54,859 bases of DNA, taken from assembly GCA_043822305.1 (NCBI GenBank), contig JBDRBU010000107.1, positions 1 to 54,859 on the forward strand. Direction: 5' to 3'. Of the stretch, positions 48,218 to 54,859 are shown piece after piece. Each line of letters opens with the position of its first letter. Positions within the stretch are counted from its first letter, which is position 1. The stretch comes from Candidatus Firestoneibacteriota bacterium. GTDB taxonomy: Bacteria > Oederibacteriota > D2-FULL-39-29 > JBDRBU01. A program made the translations under genes and the position numbers. The notes beneath the pieces are model-generated. The model was not told where the DNA came from. It worked only from the letters and a program-made list of their open reading frames with translations, and ran no database searches.

Positions 48218-48586
48218 CTATCTCCTTATGGCCACGAAAGCAATAGCATGACTTTTATCCTGTGAAATTGTTAATTCTATATCTTTAATCTTTTGAATGA
48301 ACTTATATTTCGAAGAAAGCAGAAAAATCATTGGTTTGCCAAACTTATCATTATAAACCTCTATGTCTTTCCACTTTAACTTACCCTGCCAGCCAGAGCT
48401 AACTGCCTTTAAAAATGCTTCTTTCGCCGCAAATCTACTGGCAAAATGTAAACAAGGATTCTTTTTTGAACGACAATATGTAATTTCTTTCTTTGTAAAA
48501 ACTTTCGAAATAAAGTTTTTCCTTTTATTTATAAGGTTTTTAATCCTTTTTATCTCTACTATATCTATTCCAAATTTAAAATCCAT
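48218..48586 (-). CDS. acpS: Holo-ACP synthase
   Basis: GIDIVEI.RI, FT..E..YC, ASRFAAKEAF.KA, G.P; ATG 48586 with an AGGGG RBS. Confidence 0.93.
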   Translation of the reverse strand: MDFKFGIDIVEIKRIKNLINKRKNFISKVFTKKEITYCRSKKNPCLHFASRFAAKEAFLKAVSSGWQGKLKWKDIEVYNDKFGKPMIFLLSSKYKFIQKIKDIELTISQDKSHAIAFVAIRR

Positions 48587-48670
48587 TTTATTCCCCTTGC
48601 AAAACACATCCCCTTGTTAAATGGAGTCGGGGTCGTCCCTGACCCAGATATACCGTGAGGATTTGCCTTT

Positions 48671-48699
48671 ATAATATCAAAAAATTCCATTAAAGTCAA
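48671..48699 (-). promoter_or_regulatory. Sigma70 promoter for the acpS operon
   Basis: TTGACT-17bp-TATTAT; the palindrome AAGTCA-A-TGACTT overlaps the -35 box. Confidence 0.7.
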
Positions 48700-48815
48700 T
48701 GACTTAAATCCTTTGTGTTTTTTTACCAAAATATTAATTATTCGGTATAAACAATATTGAGCAGACAAATCATTTCGTGGATTTTTTGCGGGGGTTTTTA
48801 TTCCATTCCCCATTT

Positions 48816-48893
48816 TCACGAGGACAAGCTATAATAAATTAAATACCTACCATCTTCTTTTACTGCTCTTTCTTTTTGTAAGGTCTTCTTCAT
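48816..48893 (-). CDS. Candidate 25-aa small ORF MKKTLQKERAVKEDGRYLIYYSLSS
   Basis: ATG-to-TGA ORF in the gap between pilQ and acpS, containing a KEDGRYLIYY motif; no clear RBS. Confidence 0.4.
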   Translation of the reverse strand: MKKTLQKERAVKEDGRYLIYYSLSS

Positions 48894-48959
48894 AAAAATG
48901 TTGTTCTAATTATTTCTTTTTCTTTGCTTTTTTCCCTTTTTTCCCTTTCCCTACTTTCT

Positions 48960-50684
48960 TTACTTTATTATATGTGGCGTTATAAGCACGACCAGATCTC
49001 TTTTCACCTTAACGGTTGATTTACTTTGAAATAAAAGGCTCCCTATTAAAGGAATATCTCCAAGTAGAGGAACTTTACTTAATGAAATTACTTCATCCTC
49101 TCTAATCAATCCCCCTATAACAAGTGTTTCTCCATCTTTAACTAATACTTCTGTCTCTGCTGTTCTTGAATCTATTATTGGTGGAGGGCCTGGGTTCGTT
49201 ATAGAGCTAACAGTAGGTTTAACTTTTAATGTAACATAATTGTCCCTGTTGACCTGTGGTGTAACCTGTAATGTAACTCCTGCATCTACAGATGCATATG
49301 TAGTAACTCCTGTTTGGGAATTATAACCAGAGACATATGAATAGGCCTGAGTTGCTGTAATTGTTGCCGTCTTATTATCTAATGTAGTTATCTTTGGATT
49401 CGCAAGTAAATTAGCTTCACCATTTCTTATTAATGCATCTAATGATAACCAGAAATTAACATCCCCACCCAGACCAAATTGTAAAGCACCAGACCTGGCA
49501 TCAGTAGTCGTTGGTGGATTAACTGAACCTCTAAAAAGAAATATATTCGGATTAAGCGTTAAACTGGTAGGATATATATCTGCCCCGGCTAATGATGTAG
49601 GACCTTTCGTCTCTATATCCCATCTTATTCCTAATTTATCTTCACTTTCAAATTTAACATCAACTATCTTAGCTTCTATTTCAACCTGATATGTCTTCGT
49701 ATCTAATTTCTTAACAAGATCTTCTATAACTTCTAACTTTATGGTTATATCTGTAACGATTAAAGTGTTTGTTCTGGTGTCTGACTGTGCTTTTCCTTTA
49801 CCACTTAAAAATGGAGTAACAGCAGCCACAATATCAGACGCTTTAGCAAAATTAAGCCCAAAGTTTTTTGTCTCTATCAACGCATCCTCTTCTTCTGCTT
49901 TCATTTCAGCCGGTGTGGCTACTCTAACTATATTCCCTTCTAATTTATATGTAAACCCATTTTGTTTTAATACTACATCTAATATCTTTCTTAAGGTCAC
50001 ATTCCTTAATTGAATTGATGGTATTGTTCCAACTACACTCTTGCTGGTTACCAGATTAAATCCAGCTTCAGTAACTATTGTATTTAAAAAAGTAGGTAAA
50101 TCTACATTTAACAGATTTATATAAGGCACGACCTGATCTATCTCTCCTTTTTTCATTGAAAATTTATCAAATACTCCACTTTTTTCAGATTCCTCAGAAG
50201 ATGCAACTTCCTGACCACTTTTCATCGTCCCTTTTTCTACAACATCTTCTTCTTTGCTCTCAGTGGTTGTTGGTGAAAGTGTTTGTTTCCCTTTTAAGGT
50301 TATACTTAAAACTATTTTAGTTACATCCTCAGATAATTTATATTCACATTTAGAAAGGCATCTGGCTACAATTCTTGCTACTTTTTGAGGTTGATTCTGG
50401 TATTGTGATATGTCAATCTGTGAGATAATAGAATCCTTCACATCAATTATATTACGCTTTCCTGTTATAACCGCCGGAAATATATCCAGAACTACCCTGT
50501 CTGGATTATTAACCTTAATAACTTTTGCTTTTAAGGTGCCTTTTTCTATGGGAATAACTATGGTCACACCATCTTGTGTTGATTGGACATCGACCTTCCC
50601 CAAAACACCATATGTTTCCTTATCATCCTGAGCAAAAACAAAACATACCTGGAAAATTAGAAAAACTATAATTATTTTTTTCAT
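48960..50684 (-). CDS. pilQ: Type IV pilus secretin with AMIN domain
   Basis: Signal peptide, NPDRVVLD (AMIN), DTRTNTLIV, QVEIEAKIV, NPKITTLDN, GETLVIGGL, KVPLLGDIP, ITPHI. Start at ATG 50684 after AAGGAG. Confidence 0.9.
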   Translation of the reverse strand: MKKIIIVFLIFQVCFVFAQDDKETYGVLGKVDVQSTQDGVTIVIPIEKGTLKAKVIKVNNPDRVVLDIFPAVITGKRNIIDVKDSIISQIDISQYQNQPQKVARIVARCLSKCEYKLSEDVTKIVLSITLKGKQTLSPTTTESKEEDVVEKGTMKSGQEVASSEESEKSGVFDKFSMKKGEIDQVVPYINLLNVDLPTFLNTIVTEAGFNLVTSKSVVGTIPSIQLRNVTLRKILDVVLKQNGFTYKLEGNIVRVATPAEMKAEEEDALIETKNFGLNFAKASDIVAAVTPFLSGKGKAQSDTRTNTLIVTDITIKLEVIEDLVKKLDTKTYQVEIEAKIVDVKFESEDKLGIRWDIETKGPTSLAGADIYPTSLTLNPNIFLFRGSVNPPTTTDARSGALQFGLGGDVNFWLSLDALIRNGEANLLANPKITTLDNKTATITATQAYSYVSGYNSQTGVTTYASVDAGVTLQVTPQVNRDNYVTLKVKPTVSSITNPGPPPIIDSRTAETEVLVKDGETLVIGGLIREDEVISLSKVPLLGDIPLIGSLLFQSKSTVKVKRDLVVLITPHIIK

Positions 50685-50702
50685 CTGCATCACTCCTTTT
50701 TT

Positions 50703-50751
50703 GTGGTTGCTTGATTTATCAAGCGATTTGCCCAATGAATTGGGCAACTAC
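50703..50751. repeat. GTAG-type REP doublet
   Basis: Minus strand GTAG-TTGCCCAAT tc ATTGGGCAA facing plus strand GTGG-TTGCTTGAT tt ATCAAGCGA. Confidence 0.75.
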
Positions 50752-50757
50752 AATGAA

Positions 50758-50779
50758 AAATAGGTATCTGTCCCTATTT
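50758..50779. repeat. GGGACA-core palindromic repeat containing the pilO stop codon
   Basis: Minus strand AAATAGGGACAGATACCTATTT. Confidence 0.8.
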
Positions 50780-51679
50780 AATCTCAAAAACTACTTCTTT
50801 GACTGCTCCACTTACGGCATCTAAATGGGATAATCTGACTTTTCCTTTTTCAATCTTACCTTCTATGTTTTTAACCAAACTTCTATCCCTTAAATAAAAC
50901 TTATTGTTTATTAAAAAATATGAACTTTTATTGCTATCTTCAAATACGGCTATTTCACTTTCAGAAAGAGCAATAATACCCGATAACTTTAAGGCCGATA
51001 TATTTACATCTTCACTAACTACTTCGGCTTCACTTATATTTAAAGACTTAAAGGGATCTCTTAAAATATTTACTGAATATCTAAACATGGGAATGATTGG
51101 ATGTTCTGCTGCTTCTAACTCTCCAATAGAACCTTCTTTTTCTTTTGTGGATACAAATGCTTTAAGGATAACTGAGACATTAACACTTCCTTTTACAGAA
51201 CTTCCTACTCCAGAAAATTGACAATCATATGCATTTATTAAACGCATTGAATATCCTAACTTGGTTAAAAATCCTCCCAGATCATGATAATTACAAACTA
51301 CACTTAGTTTTATTGGAACTTCTGAGTAAAAGATTTTGCCCGGGACAACTTTCTGAAATTCAAAAGAAAGAATTGATACATCTTTTTCACCGGCAGCTTT
51401 ACTTACTTCTTTAATAAGCCCTGGTTGGTCATCAAACTTTGGTAATCTCTTCATGATGAAATTAAGTTCCATCTCTAATTGCTTTGCTTCTGCTTTTAAT
51501 TTCTCATATCCACTTGCATTTAACCTTGCATTCTCTAATTCCTTTTTCTTAACATCAAGTGTATTCCTTAATTCAATTACTTTCTTCCCTAATGGGAAAT
51601 ATAGAAATTGAAAATAACCATATAAAATGACACCGACAATAAGACCAAGTAAAATCCACTTTTGCTTCTCTTTAGACAT
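50774..51679 (-). CDS. pilO: PilO with C-terminal PilP-like domain
   Basis: TM + coiled coil, RLP...PGLI, FYSEVPI.L.V..NYHDLGGFL; then FRY....RDPF...LKLSGII.......AVFED. Confidence 0.82.
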   Translation of the reverse strand: MSKEKQKWILLGLIVGVILYGYFQFLYFPLGKKVIELRNTLDVKKKELENARLNASGYEKLKAEAKQLEMELNFIMKRLPKFDDQPGLIKEVSKAAGEKDVSILSFEFQKVVPGKIFYSEVPIKLSVVCNYHDLGGFLTKLGYSMRLINAYDCQFSGVGSSVKGSVNVSVILKAFVSTKEKEGSIGELEAAEHPIIPMFRYSVNILRDPFKSLNISEAEVVSEDVNISALKLSGIIALSESEIAVFEDSNKSSYFLINNKFYLRDRSLVKNIEGKIEKGKVRLSHLDAVSGAVKEVVFEIK

Positions 51680-51688
51680 AATCTTCTC

Positions 51689-52771
51689 CTACATTACCTT
51701 AAAACTATTCATGATTATATTAAAATCATCCAGATTACTTTTAAACTTATCATCAACATCTGTGAAGGTTAAAACATATGCATGAATATCTTTTATATAA
51801 TATACTTGCTTTTGTCTTAATGTTATCCACTTCCCTTTACCATCTTTTGATTTTGTCTGCCAATTAAAAACCACCTCGAAACATTTAAGGCTGTTTATCG
51901 TGATTTCTTTTTGGCTGAGCTCTTTATAGTTCTTAAATAACTTCTTATAGTTCTTTTCAATATTCTTGAAATATTCCTGCGGTAAAACATTACTTTTTAA
52001 CTTTGCTATAATTAATCCAATACTTGGTGTGAATTTTTCACTTACCTCTCTTTTCTCTTTTGTAATTAAAACTGACGCGGTGTTATCCTCTTTCATCGTC
52101 CATCCTTCCGGACTGAATATACTACACTTATAATCAGTATTTACATATGTGTTTCCATAAATACCTGTCTTAGAAACATCGCTCATTCCAACCTCTTTGG
52201 GCGGCTTGATTTTTATCTCTTCTATTGACTGAAATGTGAGTTTGAATGAATATACATTTTTTCCTGAAACAACTGTTTCTATTAATGTAATTAGACTTGC
52301 GTTTTTAAACATTCCATTCGGCTGATTTAAGTTAAAAATAAAATCTGCAACAGATTCTTTGAATAATGATATTCCATCTACGGTAAATGTTCTAAATCCA
52401 GATGCTTCCATCTTGTTCGTCAGAGAACTTAACCATATATTACTTGGAATGCATTTATTGAAATTATCTAATAGCAAAAACCATATCGTTTGAGAATCAA
52501 GTAATTCATTAATAACTCCTATCCTTTCTTGGACAAAAGATTTTGTCCTGTTTATATTATTTATCTCTTCTAATATATTTTTAATTTTTGCCTGCTCTTC
52601 TTCTACTTTCTTTATTTCACCACTTATTCTCGCTACATTCATTAAAGTAAATAAATATAGTCCGACTAAGATAACAGCAAATAGGATCACTCCTCCGGTG
52701 ATGGCGGCTATTATTTGTTTTTTACGCTTTGCTTTAAAATAACTATCTGGAAGTAGATTTATCTCTATCAA
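51689..52771 (-). CDS. pilN: PilN with extra C-terminal PsbP/DcrB-like domain
   Basis: INLLP motif, TM, coiled coil, IPSNIWLSSL; ~170 extra aa (Y.NTDY..SI..PEGW ... QKQVY...AYVLTFT ... F..IMNSFK). Confidence 0.8.
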   Translation of the reverse strand: MIEINLLPDSYFKAKRKKQIIAAITGGVILFAVILVGLYLFTLMNVARISGEIKKVEEEQAKIKNILEEINNINRTKSFVQERIGVINELLDSQTIWFLLLDNFNKCIPSNIWLSSLTNKMEASGFRTFTVDGISLFKESVADFIFNLNQPNGMFKNASLITLIETVVSGKNVYSFKLTFQSIEEIKIKPPKEVGMSDVSKTGIYGNTYVNTDYKCSIFSPEGWTMKEDNTASVLITKEKREVSEKFTPSIGLIIAKLKSNVLPQEYFKNIEKNYKKLFKNYKELSQKEITINSLKCFEVVFNWQTKSKDGKGKWITLRQKQVYYIKDIHAYVLTFTDVDDKFKSNLDDFNIIMNSFKVM

Positions 52772-53856
52772 CGGACTCTCCTCGTAGAAATTCCAACACT
52801 AACTGGCATATATACATCTAACTGCTTTATCTTTTCATCAAAAGTAGTAATATCCTCTATTTCAATATTGGTAAATGGATTATGTATATCTACCGGGGAT
52901 TTTAATCTTTCTGAAATAAATTTATCTATGTTTTTTAACTTTGAACTACCTCCACTTAAAAGCACCCGGCCAATTGAACGCTTCTTGGAAGAAGATTCAT
53001 AAAAATCAAATGCTCGTCGGACTTCTAAGACCATCTTGCTTAAAGTTGAAGATATAGCTGAAAAAATCTTTACCCTTTTATCCTCTTTGCTTGGTATCCT
53101 GGTTAAGACAATTTCTTCTGATTCGACTATTATACTCCCTTGTTCCCTTTTTAATTTCTCGGCATCACTAAAACTTATGTTGAATTCTCGCTGGATATCT
53201 TTCGTTAAACTTATACCGCCTAGAGGTATATCTCTTGAAAACTTCGTTACTCCATCTTCAACAACATTTAGATTAGTATACTTCGCTCCAATATTTATTA
53301 AGGCTATTGTCTCGCCTTCTTTTTTTTCATAATTAATTTCAAGAGAATTCTGCATAGCAAAACAATCAATATCTATTAAACTAACACTTAATCCTATTGG
53401 CTGAAGTAAAGATATATATTGATTTACAACTTCTTCTTTAACCGCTACCAACAAAACTTCTATTTTCTTCTGCCTATCTTCTGTGACTTCTCCTAAGATA
53501 CTAAAATCCATGACAACCTGATTAATATTAAATGGAATATACTGCTCGGCTTCATATTTAATTACTCCTTTTAATTCTTCTTTACTCATAAATGGTAATT
53601 TAATATACCTAACAATAACTTGCTCTCCAGACAAAGATAGACCAACTTCTTTTGTCTTAACATTCGTCTCGTTAAATATCTTTTTAATAGCTTCTAAGAT
53701 TAAAGTATTCTTCTGTGCCGGTTCTAAACTCTCTATCGGCTCTTCCGATATATCCACTACTCCAAAATTAACCAAAGAAAATTTGCCACCTTTGTCTTTA
53801 AGATCAGCAAGCTTAATACTATAACTACCTATGTCCAATCCTATTAGATTTCTCAT
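52768..53856 (-). CDS. pilM: Type IV pilus assembly actin-like protein
   Basis: IGLDIGSYSIK, EAEQYIPF, VLLVA, INIGA, SRDIP.GG, LSGGSS. Confidence 0.93.
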   Translation of the reverse strand: MRNLIGLDIGSYSIKLADLKDKGGKFSLVNFGVVDISEEPIESLEPAQKNTLILEAIKKIFNETNVKTKEVGLSLSGEQVIVRYIKLPFMSKEELKGVIKYEAEQYIPFNINQVVMDFSILGEVTEDRQKKIEVLLVAVKEEVVNQYISLLQPIGLSVSLIDIDCFAMQNSLEINYEKKEGETIALINIGAKYTNLNVVEDGVTKFSRDIPLGGISLTKDIQREFNISFSDAEKLKREQGSIIVESEEIVLTRIPSKEDKRVKIFSAISSTLSKMVLEVRRAFDFYESSSKKRSIGRVLLSGGSSKLKNIDKFISERLKSPVDIHNPFTNIEIEDITTFDEKIKQLDVYMPVSVGISTRRVR

Positions 53857-53869
53857 ATGATATTACCCT

Positions 53870-54640
53870 TTATCCATAAATTTGAAAAATTGGTAAGACT
53901 AAATTCATTATTTCATTACCCCATAAAACTACTAAAATATTACTTAACGCTATAAAAGGACCAAATGGTATATAACCACCCAATTTTTCCTTCTTAAGTA
54001 AAATTAGTATTCCGCCAATTATAGCCCCCAGAAAAAATGATGAAATCAAAGTTAATAAAACACCTTTCCATCCTAAGAAAGTCCCAATCCCGGCTGCTAA
54101 TTTAACATCTCCTAATCCCATACCTTCTTTTTTAAAAAAAATAATGCTTAGATAACCTACAATAAGAAGACTTACACTACCAACTAACATTCCTATTAAA
54201 GAATGAACAATATCCCTTTCGGGTAAAATCAAACTAAATACAAGCCCTATGATTACAAGTGGAAAAGATGTTATATCAAATATCAACTGGTGTTCTAAAT
54301 CTATAAAAGCAATTACGATTAGAAAAGAAAAAAGTATAATATTGCTTAAAAACTCTAAACTTATTCCAAACTTTTCATATAATAATATAAACAGTATAGC
54401 ACTTATTAATTCAACAGTCAAGTATTTTATTGAAATTTTTTCTTTACAATTTCTGCATTTCCCTCCCAGAACAATATAACTAAATAAAGGGATATTGTCA
54501 AACCATTTTATCGGTTTTTTACAATTTGGGCAAAATGAATTCGGGAATATCAAAGAACATTCTTTTGGAATCCTATAAATACAAACATTTAAAAAACTCC
54601 CTATAATTGCTCCAAAACAGAATATGAAAATTTCAATCAC
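53870..54640 (-). CDS. pilD: Prepilin peptidase/N-methyltransferase
   Basis: GSFLNVCIYRIP, CPNC, CRNC, IDLE, GMGLGDVKL, IPFGPF. Confidence 0.95.
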   Translation of the reverse strand: MIEIFIFCFGAIIGSFLNVCIYRIPKECSLIFPNSFCPNCKKPIKWFDNIPLFSYIVLGGKCRNCKEKISIKYLTVELISAILFILLYEKFGISLEFLSNIILFSFLIVIAFIDLEHQLIFDITSFPLVIIGLVFSLILPERDIVHSLIGMLVGSVSLLIVGYLSIIFFKKEGMGLGDVKLAAGIGTFLGWKGVLLTLISSFFLGAIIGGILILLKKEKLGGYIPFGPFIALSNILVVLWGNEIMNLVLPIFQIYG

Positions 54641-54693
54641 AATTTTCCTTTGTGTTAGATGAAGTTACAGAATATATTAAATATCTTGTTTTA

Positions 54694-54722
54694 ATTATAA
54701 CACAAAACTCCAAATTTGTCAA
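54694..54722 (-). promoter_or_regulatory. Consensus sigma70 promoter for the pil operon
   Basis: TTGACA-17bp-TATAAT with an extended TG. Confidence 0.85.
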
Positions 54723-54741
54723 TAGTTCGTTTTGCCTCATC

Positions 54742-54830
54742 AAAAATCGATACGAAATCGTATCATTGCCTCACATAAGAATCGATACAAAATTATATCA
54801 CTTTTTTACATAAAAATCTATACAAAAATT
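54742..54830. repeat. Three degenerate 35-bp-period direct repeats with an internal palindrome
   Basis: AAAAATCGATAC at 54742, AAGAATCGATAC at 54777, AAAAATCTATAC at 54812; unit 1 contains GATACGA-AA-TCGTATC. Confidence 0.7.
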
Positions 54831-54859
54831 AAAACTACCTCTATAATATTTCAAAAGGA

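Noticed and set aside
48590-48668. c-di-GMP-I riboswitch or SRP RNA (GGCAAA and GGGTCAGG words)
   Set aside because: It lacks the GAAA tetraloop/GCAAAGC core of c-di-GMP-I and the GGAAGGAAGCAGC core of SRP; kept only as an unknown leader.
48565-48819. 84-aa minus-strand ORF before acpS
   Set aside because: It spans the acpS promoter and leader; no motif support.
50685-50747. N-terminal extension of PilQ in the ORF track (likewise 40297..40344 for the pRiA4b-like gene)
   Set aside because: These extensions are read through palindromic repeats; downstream ATGs with good RBSs give better starts, and for PilQ a signal peptide.
15915-54479. Many 60-170 aa plus-strand ORFs in the track (e.g. 15915..16400, 21846..22331, 34399..34890, 43397..43903, 47773..48246)
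   Set aside because: They are antisense shadows of well-supported minus-strand genes.
54742-54830. CRISPR array
   Set aside because: The 35-bp period leaves no room for unique spacers, the units are degenerate, and no cas genes are present.

Overview
A low-GC (roughly 30% by eye) bacterial chromosome segment. It is probably from a diderm anaerobe, given the PilQ secretin, B12-dependent radical SAM enzyme and many Fe-S proteins; I cannot assign the lineage from sequence alone. Every credible gene is on the minus strand except an IS30 transposase tail at the left edge. In transcription order (right to left) the window holds six blocks. (1) A type IV pilus operon, pilD-pilM-pilN-pilO-pilQ, with apparent PilN+PsbP/DcrB-like and PilO+PilP fusions. 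(2) acpS-nnr-DUF362-thiL-tsaE, then a deleted AlbA_2/RecG-like pseudogene. (3) grpE-dnaJ-rsmE with no dnaK, a ~6.5 kb interruption (pRiA4b ORF3-like gene, AbiE toxin-antitoxin pair, PEP-synthase remnant, atypical ychF, DEAD-box helicase, M24 peptidase), then mtaB-hinT-cmk. (4) A mannose-1-phosphate guanylyltransferase-like gene and a TMEM260/DUF2723 GT-C. (5) A type I restriction-modification cassette carrying yhcG and an M48 gene. (6) A ~21 kb envelope glycosylation locus: degenerate GT2, DUF362, aconitase, YfhO-like GT-C, GT2, radical SAM, two paralogous atypical methyltransferases, DUF362, three exported proteins, a methyltransferase, yhcG, a B12 radical SAM, TMEM260-TPR and TMTC-TPR. The main hypothesis is a bacterial protein O-mannosylation system built from TMTC- and TMEM260-like enzymes, coupled to a radical-SAM/methyltransferase tailoring cassette. 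A second theme is at least five families of short palindromic (REP-like) repeats plus a 9-bp minisatellite. These sit at gene junctions, are read in-frame inside proteins, and appear to be an IS30 target. No rRNA, tRNA or CRISPR array was seen. All family calls come from motif recognition; no database searches were run.
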